Part shown: piece after piece, positions 1-9,548 of the stretch | How positions within the stretch are numbered: position 1 is the stretch's first letter | How the letters are laid out: every line of letters starts with the position of its first letter | Sequence record: PQ863256.1 | Source: Escherichia phage Ptacy1479 | Length of the DNA: 64,000 nucleotides | Reading direction: 5' to 3' (one strand) | The notes under the pieces: generated by a model | The model's database searches: none | The model's input: the letters and a program-made list of their open reading frames with translations, nothing else | What the model was told of the DNA's origin: nothing | Translations under genes and position numbers: made by a program

Positions 1-23
1 GTTAATATATAGGAGACACTAAG

Positions 24-242
24 ATGAAAATGATGAAACAAGCTGTATATGGTTTAGTTTGCTTAGGTGCTGGGGTTGCTGTATCAACAGCAGTTCCTGT
101 TAGTGCAGTCCATCCATTAGTCACTACCCCTGCTCCAGTGGAGAAACTTAGTTCACAATGCAAGCAGCGAACCATTCAAAACAATTTGGTTGTTATTTGC
201 CCTGATGCTGAATCTAACGCTCTGAGAAAGATACTACCTTAA
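24..242 (+). CDS. small exported or membrane-anchored protein directly upstream of endolysin (lysis accessory candidate)
   Basis: ORF with N-terminal hydrophobic segment AVYGLVCLGAGVAVSTAVPV; AGGAG 9 nt upstream of ATG; position 5' of lysozyme gene. Confidence 0.3.
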   Translation: MKMMKQAVYGLVCLGAGVAVSTAVPVSAVHPLVTTPAPVEKLSSQCKQRTIQNNLVVICPDAESNALRKILP

Positions 243-271
243 TTTAAAGGGACCATGAAAGGAGGTTAGAA

Positions 272-763
272 ATGGATAACGTCGCATTGCCACCTGTACA
301 ATTAAACTTAAGCCCAGCTGGAATGGAATTCATCATGAAGCATGAGGGTATGAGAACCAAGGCTTATAAAGATTCCGCAGGTATCTGGACGATATGTGTA
401 GGGGCTACGCGCGATATGAATGGTTATCCGGTTAGGCAAGGATTAACATATTCTATAGAGGATTGTCTAGCTCTGCTAGATAGAGACACACAAGACTCTG
501 TTCGTGCTACTCAGAAAAACATAAGGGTTCCTTTGCTAGTTCATGAATTTGATGCACTCACATCCTTCAATTTCAATGTTGGGGGCGGTGCACTAAGCAC
601 ATCTAAGCTGAGGAAAGTTATCAATGGAGAAGTTAAGGGTGACATATACTCAGAGTTTCTTCGTTGGGATAAAATTACGGTGAAAGGAAAGAAGCAGAGA
701 AGTCAGGGTCTTCATAACAGAAGGGTTGCGGAAGCTGATCTTTATACCGAAGGTAAATATTAA
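272..763 (+). CDS. endolysin, phage lysozyme (GH24, lambda R / P22 gp19 / T4 e type)
   Basis: Motif HEGMRTKAYKDSAGIWTICVG matches the lysozyme catalytic region (E...D...T); FNFNVGGGAL and RRVAEADLY segments; strong RBS GAAAGGAGG. Confidence 0.85.
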   Translation: MDNVALPPVQLNLSPAGMEFIMKHEGMRTKAYKDSAGIWTICVGATRDMNGYPVRQGLTYSIEDCLALLDRDTQDSVRATQKNIRVPLLVHEFDALTSFNFNVGGGALSTSKLRKVINGEVKGDIYSEFLRWDKITVKGKKQRSQGLHNRRVAEADLYTEGKY

Positions 764-775
764 TGGAGGTGCCTT

Positions 776-1579
776 TTGGCTATTGAAACTAATGCGGTCG
801 TCATTACTGACCTGAACCCGCTCTATCCCAGAGATAGGGATTATATCTACGAAGGGGCGGCTCAAATCCGCCTCATCAAACAAACACTAAAGAACACATT
901 CCCTAATGTCACTGAACCTGTTGAGATTGATTCTGATACCTTTAAGATCATGTCAGAGAAACTCAAATTTACCGGTGATGCAATGGATGTTGGCGGTCTT
1001 ATGATTAAGAACGCTGCTCCGGGAACTGGAGATAAAGATGTTGTTACTAAAGGCCAGATGGAGGCTTTTATGAACAACTGGATGGAAAATAAAGTATTCC
1101 GTATTGGGTCTTACTATATCACTGAAGAAGATGTTAATCCAGGTGATTCTGTCTCTCTTGGATTTGGCTCTTGGGCTAAAGTTACTGGCGTTATCATGGG
1201 TACTGGTGTGGTCAACCCTGATGGTACAGTTCCTAATGCCTCTAGGGTTGAGTTTACTTCTGGGGCTACTGGTGGTAGGATCTTCAACACAGTTCAGACA
1301 GAGAACTTACCGTTGATGACTATTAATGGTTCGAGCTTTTCTGTTTCCAGTAACACTCACGCACACAACATTAACTTTGGTCGTGGGGATGCTAGCGGTC
1401 ACAACAGTTCCCCTAACTGGTATAGTCCCGGTTCTGGATTTACCCACAGAACAGAGTCTGATACTCACACCCACACAATATCTGGTTCTGTTAGTTTTGG
1501 ACGTGACGACATATCTCGTCAACCTATTAACACTTTGCCACCATTCAGAGCGGCTCATATTTGGAGACGTATTAGCTAA
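776..1579 (+). CDS. tail fibre / virion structural protein with His-rich C-terminal HxH motifs
   Basis: TTG start 6 nt after GGAGGT; C-terminus THAHNINFG...SDTHTHTISGS resembles metal-binding HxH motifs of phage fibre proteins; function tentative. Confidence 0.4.
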   Translation: MAIETNAVVITDLNPLYPRDRDYIYEGAAQIRLIKQTLKNTFPNVTEPVEIDSDTFKIMSEKLKFTGDAMDVGGLMIKNAAPGTGDKDVVTKGQMEAFMNNWMENKVFRIGSYYITEEDVNPGDSVSLGFGSWAKVTGVIMGTGVVNPDGTVPNASRVEFTSGATGGRIFNTVQTENLPLMTINGSSFSVSSNTHAHNINFGRGDASGHNSSPNWYSPGSGFTHRTESDTHTHTISGSVSFGRDDISRQPINTLPPFRAAHIWRRIS

Positions 1580-1588
1580 GGAGGAATT

Positions 1589-4500
1589 ATGGCGTTGTAT
1601 CCAATAAAATCACTCGGTGCTGTCGGTGTTATTGCTGACCAAGCACCTACTGATTTAGCTCCTAATGCTTTCACTAACGCTATAAACGCTCGGTTTGTTG
1701 AGCAGAGAGTTTTTAAGACGGGGGGCAACGCCCCTCTTTCTTACGTAGATGAAGATAAAGATTTAACTCCTCTGTCTTTCATATCTATGCCTTTCGATTA
1801 CTATAGTGCAGGTAATAGCTTTCTTATTGTAGGCACTGACAAGAAGCTATATAAACTGACAGATGAAAGCTTGACTGATATCAGCAGAAAAGTCGCTACG
1901 GTGACTAAAAAAGCCTCTGCTACTATCAAAATATATCCTGTAGTCTCTAAGATTACCCCTAAAGAGTCTACTATTTCCATGAACTTCAATCAAACTAAAT
2001 CTTTAGAAGTTACAATCTCTCCGGAAGATGCTAATAACCCTGAACTTGTTTGGAGTGTTAGTAACTCTTCTTACGGTCAGGTTACTGTAGACCCTACTGA
2101 CTCTAAGAAAGCCTCTTTGACCTCTTTGAATAAAGAAGGCAATCTTGTAGTGACAGTCCAGACTAAGGATGAATCTGTATCAGCTCAGATTGCTGTCAAC
2201 ATCATCGATGGGGATTCAGGTATTTTCTTGAGTCAAGATACCATAACCGTTCGTAAAGGTGGGAATACCACGATAACTGCGGTGACTGGTAAGACTCCTG
2301 TAAGTTGGTCTACTACCAATGGTTCTATCGTTTCTGTGACCCCTAATGCTAACACACTCACGGCAGTACTTGTAGCTAATGGAGAAGGGACAGCAACTAT
2401 TACAGCGGATAATGGAACAAAAGCTGCATCATGTGTTGTTAATGTAATCCCACAGATTGATAGCATCACTCTGAGCCAAACAGATGTTACCATTAACAGA
2501 GGGACTCAATATATCCTTACAGCTACAGTATCTCCAACGAATGCTCCTAATAAAAACATAACATGGACTTCCTCTAACCCGAATATTGCTACAGTATCTG
2601 GTACAGGTACAGAGGCAACCATTACTGCGATTACAGCTGGCTTCACTGAGATTACCGCTACTACTCAAGAAGGCAACAGAACCGCTGTCTGTATAGTTCG
2701 TGTAGATTTGTCTGGAAGGATGATGAGAACCTCTCTTATGGCTACGTCTTCTACTGAACCAGATGCTCCAGAAGTGGTTGAGGATATAGTAGTTCCTGAG
2801 TCAGAAGAGGTTTTGTATTTTGCATCACCTTCCTCTGGGATATATACTACTGGAATGTCTGAAGGAAATAGCTTCTATGATTACTCAAACGTGGATGACA
2901 TGGAGGGTTTTGCAAGAGCTTCTCTTTTTGCCACCCCTTTAGATTCTGTAACGTTAGATGTAGTTAGTGCTTCTCTGGATGTAGGGGAGGAGATTGTTAT
3001 TACAGCTACAGCTTCTCCAGAGGGTGATTATTCTTACTTGTGGTCTGTGGATAAGACTGGGTATGTCTCCACTACTTCTGTAACTGGCAAGTCTATCAAA
3101 CTTACAGCTCTTCGTAAAGGTGAGATTAACATAACATGTTCTGTCAGTCAAATGACGCAGAGGGATTATGATGCGTTTGATGATTACCCTTGGTATCATG
3201 CTGTTATATCAAACTGTGTTGTTGCTACCACTCACTATGAAACCCCTCAAGTAAAAGAGTTCGAATCTGAATATTTTACCGATCTTCCGGGATGGGGAGA
3301 ACAAACAGTAGTGGATAACGATGGGAACCCCTCGGTTAAGAAGTTCAACTGGAAGTGTGAAAGGGTTCGCTCTTTTAATAACAGACTCTTTGCTCTGAAT
3401 ATGAGGGAGTCAAACGCTTCTGGTGTTACAACTAACTACCCGCTTCGTCTTCGTTGGTCTAATTTTGCTAATGAGAACAAAGCTCCTACTCTGTGGGATG
3501 ACTTTGCCTATGATCGTTTAGTAACATCTGACTTGGCTTCGAACATAGTGGGACAGACTGAGGCTCTAGAAAATGGTTATGCTGGTTACATTGATTTAGC
3601 AGACTCTAACGGGAGTTTAATTGATATCCTACCTCTTAAAGATTACTTATTCGTTTACACAGAGTTTGAAACGTATATTGGTTCTCCAACTAATAACACG
3701 TACCAACCACTGATGTTCAAGAAACTCTTTAATGATTCTGGTATCCTTGCCCCAGAGTGTGTAGTAGAAGTTGAAGGCAGTCATTTCGTTGTTACTCAGA
3801 ATGATGTGATCTTGCATAATGGTGCAACTAAGAAGTCAATTGCTTCCAACCGTGTTAAGAATATGTTGATTAACGAGATATGTCTGGTCAACCCGTTAGC
3901 TACCAGAGTTCACTTACATCAAGATAAAAAGGAGGTTTGGATTCTTTATGTAGGTCCGGGAGAGCCTAAGGAAAGCTATGCTTGTACTAAAGCCGCTGTA
4001 TGGAATTATGAGTTTGATACTTGGTCTTTCCGTACTATTCCTTATGCCCAATGCATCGGTTTGGTTGATCCTCCTGTTCTTGAAAGAGGTCCAATTTGGG
4101 CTGACTTCCAAGAGATTTCTTGGGATGACCCATCAATCAAGGAGCTTGTCTGGAGAAAAGATGCAACAAACTTCCGTCAGAGGATAACCATAGTAGGTTC
4201 TTTCTTACGTGGATTCTATCAAGTGGATATTGGTGCTTTAGATTATTTCTATGATAGGCTCAATGACACTGTTATAGAAAAACCCTTGGAGATGAGGTTA
4301 GAGAGAACAGGCATTGATTTTGATAACGTCACTAATGAATGGAATCAGAAGCATGTCAACAGATTCAGACCTCAAACCACAGGTTCTGGGACTTACATAT
4401 TCGAAGCAGGAGGTAGTCAATTCTCAAACGAATATGGTCATCCACACACATCTAAAACATACACAATCGGTGTTGATAGGCATGTCTCTGTGAGACTGAA

Positions 4501-4600
4501 CCATCCATACCTTTTCTATAATGTTATAGATAATGATGTTAACAGTAATGCTGCTATCAATGGTTTAACGATAGAGTTTGCTGTTGGCGGGCGGAGATAA
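1589..4600 (+). CDS. large virion protein with tandem Ig-like (Big_2-type) repeats, probable tail fibre or spike
   Basis: 1003 aa ORF with RBS AAGGAGG; repeated about 80 aa segments (e.g. LVVTVQTKDESVSAQIAVNII, TATITADNGTKAASCVVNVIP) typical of bacterial Ig-like domains. Confidence 0.5.
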   Translation: MALYPIKSLGAVGVIADQAPTDLAPNAFTNAINARFVEQRVFKTGGNAPLSYVDEDKDLTPLSFISMPFDYYSAGNSFLIVGTDKKLYKLTDESLTDISRKVATVTKKASATIKIYPVVSKITPKESTISMNFNQTKSLEVTISPEDANNPELVWSVSNSSYGQVTVDPTDSKKASLTSLNKEGNLVVTVQTKDESVSAQIAVNIIDGDSGIFLSQDTITVRKGGNTTITAVTGKTPVSWSTTNGSIVSVTPNANTLTAVLVANGEGTATITADNGTKAASCVVNVIPQIDSITLSQTDVTINRGTQYILTATVSPTNAPNKNITWTSSNPNIATVSGTGTEATITAITAGFTEITATTQEGNRTAVCIVRVDLSGRMMRTSLMATSSTEPDAPEVVEDIVVPESEEVLYFASPSSGIYTTGMSEGNSFYDYSNVDDMEGFARASLFATPLDSVTLDVVSASLDVGEEIVITATASPEGDYSYLWSVDKTGYVSTTSVTGKSIKLTALRKGEINITCSVSQMTQRDYDAFDDYPWYHAVISNCVVATTHYETPQVKEFESEYFTDLPGWGEQTVVDNDGNPSVKKFNWKCERVRSFNNRLFALNMRESNASGVTTNYPLRLRWSNFANENKAPTLWDDFAYDRLVTSDLASNIVGQTEALENGYAGYIDLADSNGSLIDILPLKDYLFVYTEFETYIGSPTNNTYQPLMFKKLFNDSGILAPECVVEVEGSHFVVTQNDVILHNGATKKSIASNRVKNMLINEICLVNPLATRVHLHQDKKEVWILYVGPGEPKESYACTKAAVWNYEFDTWSFRTIPYAQCIGLVDPPVLERGPIWADFQEISWDDPSIKELVWRKDATNFRQRITIVGSFLRGFYQVDIGALDYFYDRLNDTVIEKPLEMRLERTGIDFDNVTNEWNQKHVNRFRPQTTGSGTYIFEAGGSQFSNEYGHPHTSKTYTIGVDRHVSVRLNHPYLFYNVIDNDVNSNAAINGLTIEFAVGGRR

Positions 4601-4604
4601 CAAC

Positions 4605-4633
4605 AAGGGGCTTCGTGCCCCTTTTATTGTTTT
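4605..4633 (+). terminator. rho-independent terminator (GGGGC-TTCGT-GCCCC followed by TTTTATTGTTTT)
   Basis: Perfect 5 bp GC stem plus T-tract immediately after the stop of the 1003 aa gene. Confidence 0.5.
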
Positions 4634-4643
4634 GGAGGAACTT

Positions 4644-5654
4644 ATGGGTGCAGGTGGTTTTCGTAAGAACACAGGTCGCAACAACACCACACTCCCGTAC
4701 AACGTTGGGTTTCTCAATAATGTACAGGATACAGAAAATTATAACGTAGCCGTATACGATGAATTACAGAAAGTAAGTACAGCTACTAATCAGATGTTCC
4801 AAGCTATAGATGAAATTCATGATGAAATAGATGTTCGTATCAAAGCTCTAAATGCGATGAATCTACAGTTTGATGAACTTGAGAATAGAATCACTACAGA
4901 GATTGAAACTGCTATTGCAGATATTCAAACACAGATGGGTAATCTATCCACTGATGACATTTGGGATAACTCGGTACAACCACCTGTCAAGCTTGAAAGT
5001 TCTATCTCAGGGATTAAGACTAGCATTGAAGGGAATGATCTAAAGATTCAAACTGTGCAAGGTATCGTCAATGACCAAGGGGAGGAGATAGCTCTAGTTC
5101 AAACAGAACTCACTTCACAAGGGCAACAGATTACCGATGTTGATGGAAGAGTAACTACAGTTCAGAACTCTCTTTCTCAGTATATGAAGCTATCTGAATA
5201 TGAAGCTACTTGGGGTGTTAACTCTTCTGTAAACGGAAAATATGCTGGTGTTAAATTAACTAACAATGGAGTTAACAGCCAATTCCAAGTAACAGCAGAT
5301 AAATTTGTTGTTGGTAATGGAACAACAGGGAACACTCCTTTTGTTTTTGAAAACGGTAGAGCAAAAATGGAGTTTGCTGACATAAAGAACGTCAACATAA
5401 CTACTGCTCAGATCGCTAACGCTAGAATACAGTGGGCCCAAATTGATAATGTCAACATCACAAACGCACAGATTCAGAGTTTGTCCGCTGATAAAATTAC
5501 AGCTGGTTCTATGAGTGGGTCTAATTGGAGACTAACTGTTGGTGGTGATTTTGTCATGGGTGGTACGGGTGGTTCTCAGTTGTGGATGAATGGAAACAGA
5601 ATAGATTTTTATGATGGAAGTGGTGTTCTCAGAATAAGAATAGGGAGTTGGTAA
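4644..5654 (+). CDS. tail fibre-like protein with coiled-coil region
   Basis: Start moved to ATG 4644 preceded by GGAGG and downstream of the terminator; heptad-like N-terminal half, beta-rich C-terminal half with repeated NVNIT(N/T)AQI segments. Confidence 0.4.
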   Translation: MGAGGFRKNTGRNNTTLPYNVGFLNNVQDTENYNVAVYDELQKVSTATNQMFQAIDEIHDEIDVRIKALNAMNLQFDELENRITTEIETAIADIQTQMGNLSTDDIWDNSVQPPVKLESSISGIKTSIEGNDLKIQTVQGIVNDQGEEIALVQTELTSQGQQITDVDGRVTTVQNSLSQYMKLSEYEATWGVNSSVNGKYAGVKLTNNGVNSQFQVTADKFVVGNGTTGNTPFVFENGRAKMEFADIKNVNITTAQIANARIQWAQIDNVNITNAQIQSLSADKITAGSMSGSNWRLTVGGDFVMGGTGGSQLWMNGNRIDFYDGSGVLRIRIGSW

Positions 5655-5655
5655 C

Positions 5656-6690
5656 ATGGCTTATGGAATATGGACAAGACCTGTCGGTCCCGGACCTGCG
5701 GCAGCTTCTGATATTTACATTGACAGTAATTCTACTTTCCCTCAATTTAAGAACAGGGTTAGTGGTAATTACAACTTTAATGGGGGTAGTAGAGATTTCC
5801 CTATTTCTGGATGGGATGGCTCAGGCCAAATCGTTGTAGTTCCTACCGGCTCTTTGTGTTGGCAATGGGAAGTACCTCCTAATCTTGTCCCTGATGTGTA
5901 TGTTGTAAACAATATCAGTATTGTAAATAACTCAACTTTCAGGGTTAGCATAAACATGAATCCCGGAAGTAACCCGCTGTTTGACGTAGCTTTCAACGTG
6001 TATCAAATATGGCCTAGAGCCAATAGAAACTATGGTATAACCTTTTCAAACACAGCTGATTACTTCTCTATATCAGATGCTGGAGTTGTTGGTCAATGCA
6101 TTTGGGCTTGGGAAGGAAATATTAATGGCTCTATGCAAGTTCCTGCCATTAGTGGTTTTGATATGTCAAGAGCTTCGGTATTTGCTAATTGGTCTGGAGG
6201 GCAAGGTTTACTATACGATGCAGGTAGTCGTAATATCAGAGTTTATCAAAATAGGACATACGACAATGGAAACAACAACCAAACAGGTACAATTAATAAT
6301 GTTAGGGTTGCAGTATTCTGTGACGGGGCTGGAGTCCCTACGCACAACGGTGGATTGAATATCTACTCACCTAATGGATCTCAATGCGTATTTTCTACCT
6401 ACAGGACGCCTTTTATAGTTGATCGTTTTATGGCGATGAGTGGAGGGAATACTGGATTATCATACCCTATGATTCCTCTGACAAATGGGGCTGGTTCGAT
6501 TAGAGGTCAAGCTGGTAGTTGGTATTTCCAACACGCAAGATCCCATATAATGAACGGGTCTTCTTTTGGCACAGGGTATGGTCGATATATGTTCCAGTGG
6601 GATAGAAGTTACGATATGGGTGGTGGTGGAGCTATCTCCCTTCAGGTTCCAGTGCTAGATGCTAGGAAGATTTTTAGAAGCATACAATAA
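5656..6690 (+). CDS. virion structural protein (unknown function)
   Basis: 344 aa ORF, RBS GGGAG, co-oriented and tightly packed within structural block. Confidence 0.4.
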   Translation: MAYGIWTRPVGPGPAAASDIYIDSNSTFPQFKNRVSGNYNFNGGSRDFPISGWDGSGQIVVVPTGSLCWQWEVPPNLVPDVYVVNNISIVNNSTFRVSINMNPGSNPLFDVAFNVYQIWPRANRNYGITFSNTADYFSISDAGVVGQCIWAWEGNINGSMQVPAISGFDMSRASVFANWSGGQGLLYDAGSRNIRVYQNRTYDNGNNNQTGTINNVRVAVFCDGAGVPTHNGGLNIYSPNGSQCVFSTYRTPFIVDRFMAMSGGNTGLSYPMIPLTNGAGSIRGQAGSWYFQHARSHIMNGSSFGTGYGRYMFQWDRSYDMGGGGAISLQVPVLDARKIFRSIQ

Positions 6691-6699
6691 GGAGAACTT

Positions 6700-7482
6700 A
6701 TGGCAATTAGAATGGGTATAGAAGAACTAGACCCGATGGTTCAACAGGCTTCAAAGAAGTATGGTATACCAGCTGCTTTGATTCATGCTGTAATTCAAAG
6801 GGAGTCTAGTGGTCGTCCTAAGGTGGCTTCCGGAACTGGTCCTGTTGGTTTGATGCAGATCAGTAAAGGATTAGCCAAAGATTATGGTTACAAGCTAGAA
6901 GATAGGCTTGACCCAGCCAAGAATATCGATATGGGTGTTCGTTACATCAGAGATAACCTGAAAGCTTTTAATGGTGATGTTAGGAAGGCAATGGTTGGCT
7001 ACTCAGAGGGAACTGGTGGTGCTAAGCAGATGTTCGCTGGTAAGAAAGGATTTACCCCTCAGGCTCTTGACTCAATGAACAACAAACACTTTCTTCCTTT
7101 CTATGGTGATGCAGCTTCTCAGATTGCTAACCCTATTGGGGCTTTACAAGCTGTTCAACCAGTTAATCAGTTTAATCCTGACTTGTTAGACAGAGAGAAG
7201 GCTGCACAAGCTCCAACTCAGGCAGAGATTGCTGCTTCTAAGACAGGTGCTTTAGGAGGTAATCCTGTAGAGTTCTACTCTGATGAAGTGCAGGAAGGAG
7301 AAGATCAGAAGCCTCGACAGAACTTTGGTAATGCAGTATTAGGGGTAGCTGCTATGCTTGCTGGTAAACCTCCTACTTCTCAAACAGTTCAGAGGGCAAG
7401 TGCACCACATGCAGCAGGTTCTCAGTACAGTCCACAAACACAAGCAGTGCTCAGACGTTTGGCTAGCATTGGTGTAAAGTAA
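6700..7482 (+). CDS. virion-associated lytic transglycosylase (SLT domain) protein
   Basis: Motif AVIQRESSGRPKVASGTGPVGLMQI matches the soluble lytic transglycosylase catalytic E-S signature; RBS AAGGAG. Confidence 0.75.
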   Translation: MAIRMGIEELDPMVQQASKKYGIPAALIHAVIQRESSGRPKVASGTGPVGLMQISKGLAKDYGYKLEDRLDPAKNIDMGVRYIRDNLKAFNGDVRKAMVGYSEGTGGAKQMFAGKKGFTPQALDSMNNKHFLPFYGDAASQIANPIGALQAVQPVNQFNPDLLDREKAAQAPTQAEIAASKTGALGGNPVEFYSDEVQEGEDQKPRQNFGNAVLGVAAMLAGKPPTSQTVQRASAPHAAGSQYSPQTQAVLRRLASIGVK

Positions 7483-7501
7483 TAATCTTTAAGGAGGACT
7501 T

Positions 7502-8554
7502 ATGTCTTTATTTGGAAAATCAGCTTCTAGCAAAACCACAGTGGCTCCTTCCTCTCAGGTTGATGCCCTGCTGAAGCAGATTGTTGCTAATGCTCAGAAT
7601 ATGCAGAACAACGATCCGGGATTCATTTCCCAACAGCTGGCTGGGTTTAATGGCAACCAACAGGGTGCTCTGAATAATTTGGCAGCTTCTACAACTCAGA
7701 AGCAACTAGCTGATATGTACACGCCTCGTACTCAGCAAGGGTTGGACCAACTAAACTCTCTTGCCCAACAGTATCAGGATATCATAAACGGTGGCGGTAT
7801 AACTGCTGATGGTGTTAATAACTTTAATAAAGGGTTGAATAATTCAGCTCTTGCTCAAGCCACTAGTAAAGCAGCTTCCAACGTATCTCTCGGGAATGGC
7901 TCTGATTCAGGTTCTCTTCGTAGAGCTGCTGCTCAGGGTGCTGCTTTGAATGGTGCTAATACAAACCTAGCTCGAACTATCAATGGAAAGAATATGGGAA
8001 TTAATGCCCTTCAACAAGACCAAAACTTCCAGAGAGGGTTACTTGGTGCTCAGTCGGGGTTAGCTGGACAGAATCTTAATCTTGGTGCACAAGGTGTTCA
8101 GGAAACCCAACAAGCTATCCAGAATCAACTCTTGGCTGGTAATTTACAACAGCGACAAGATCAAGCTCAAGCTGACATTAATTGGCAGAATGCTATTGGC
8201 TCTAGGCAGTATGGATGGAATCAGCTTAACAACCAGCTTAATGTATTAAACAGTGTAAGTCCAATGGCTGGATATACAATTAAGAATGCCGCTCCGGGTG
8301 TTAACACAGGACAGCAGATTCTTGGTGCTGGTATTACTGGATTAGGTATTGCAGGTCGTATGGGCGCTTTCTCTCCTAACCAGCAGACTCAAAATGCTTG
8401 GAGTTCCTATAACAACTCAGGTGGGCAATCTGGAATGGCTGGTCCTATGATTGGAGGTTCTAATCTCTCTCAACAGAGAGGTCAGTCTAACTGGTTATCC
8501 ACAGCAGGTAGTAATATCTTAGGTGGTGTCTTAGGGGCATTCGGAGCAAACTAA
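7502..8554 (+). CDS. Gln/Asn/Gly-rich internal virion or ejection protein
   Basis: 350 aa low-complexity Q/N/G/A-rich ORF with RBS AAGGAGG; paralogous to next gene. Confidence 0.4.
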   Translation: MSLFGKSASSKTTVAPSSQVDALLKQIVANAQNMQNNDPGFISQQLAGFNGNQQGALNNLAASTTQKQLADMYTPRTQQGLDQLNSLAQQYQDIINGGGITADGVNNFNKGLNNSALAQATSKAASNVSLGNGSDSGSLRRAAAQGAALNGANTNLARTINGKNMGINALQQDQNFQRGLLGAQSGLAGQNLNLGAQGVQETQQAIQNQLLAGNLQQRQDQAQADINWQNAIGSRQYGWNQLNNQLNVLNSVSPMAGYTIKNAAPGVNTGQQILGAGITGLGIAGRMGAFSPNQQTQNAWSSYNNSGGQSGMAGPMIGGSNLSQQRGQSNWLSTAGSNILGGVLGAFGAN

Positions 8555-8566
8555 AGGAGATTTGAT

Positions 8567-9535
8567 ATGGGACTTTTCGGAGGCGGGGGTAGTAAAACTA
8601 CTTCCCAAATGATTCGCCCTGAATACATTCAACAGTATATTGACCAGCTTAACAAGCAGATTGGTAATACCAGTTCAGGGGATTATGTTTATCGAGATAA
8701 TGTAGGGTTTAATAACAACCAGACAGAGGCACTTAACAACTTAGCACAATCTGGTGCTCTAGGAACTCTCTCACAGCAGTACATGGATGCAGCAGGTCAA
8801 GGGTTAGGGTATCTAGATAATGCTTATAAAGGCTATCAGAGCCTCTCTGGACAAGGTGGGATTACTGGAGAACAGATTGGTGCTCTCGCTGGTCAACTGT
8901 ATGATGATGACGCTGTGCAAGCAGCTATAACAGCTAATAACGAGCAGGTTCAACAGAACTTGGCACGTAATGCTCTTCCTCAGTTAGCTCAACAGTTTGC
9001 TGGTCAACAAGGATCAGGTGCTCGTATGGCTAAGTCTTTTGCCCAAGGTGATGCTCTGAATCAGATGCAAGGGCAAGCAACAGATATTACCAACAGTGCC
9101 TATAACTCGGCTATTAGCCAAGCTGAAAGCATCCTCTCTGGTAATAGACAGAATCAGGCAGCTGCTCTCTCAGGTCTTTCTAATATTGGTTCTAACCTTT
9201 CTAACCTAGGTCAGCAGGGTGCTAATTTGTCTCAACAGCAAATGATGAATCAATGGAATGCAGGGTTGCAGCAACAACAGCAACAACAGAATGAATATGA
9301 TAATGCCTACCAGAATGCTCAGAACGCAGCTAATTGGGGATGGCAGGATATCAACAACCAACTCGGTGCAGCAGGCGTACTTAACGGTGCTCTCGGACAA
9401 ACCACAACTACTAAAACATCTGGTGGCAAAGGTGGTTTCCTTGGTGGAGCTATGAGTGGTGCAGCAGCTGGCTCTTCCTTTGGGCCTTGGGGCGCATTAG
9501 CTGGGGGTGTAATCGGTGGGTTGGCTAGTACTTAA
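8567..9535 (+). CDS. Gln/Asn/Gly-rich internal virion or ejection protein (paralogue of 7502..8554)
   Basis: 322 aa, similar composition and N-terminal MxLFG motif as preceding gene; RBS AAAGGAG. Confidence 0.4.
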   Translation: MGLFGGGGSKTTSQMIRPEYIQQYIDQLNKQIGNTSSGDYVYRDNVGFNNNQTEALNNLAQSGALGTLSQQYMDAAGQGLGYLDNAYKGYQSLSGQGGITGEQIGALAGQLYDDDAVQAAITANNEQVQQNLARNALPQLAQQFAGQQGSGARMAKSFAQGDALNQMQGQATDITNSAYNSAISQAESILSGNRQNQAAALSGLSNIGSNLSNLGQQGANLSQQQMMNQWNAGLQQQQQQQNEYDNAYQNAQNAANWGWQDINNQLGAAGVLNGALGQTTTTKTSGGKGGFLGGAMSGAAAGSSFGPWGALAGGVIGGLAST

Positions 9536-9548
9536 TTAGGAGATAAAT

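Noticed and set aside
650-1607. Listed ORFs on the opposite strand or in alternative frames within the lysozyme and tail-fibre genes (650..883 -, 862..1077 -, 1104..1316 +, 1307..1558 -, 1326..1607 +)
   Set aside because: They lie entirely inside longer ORFs with recognisable domains and good RBS, and have low-complexity or hydrophobic translations; treated as spurious.
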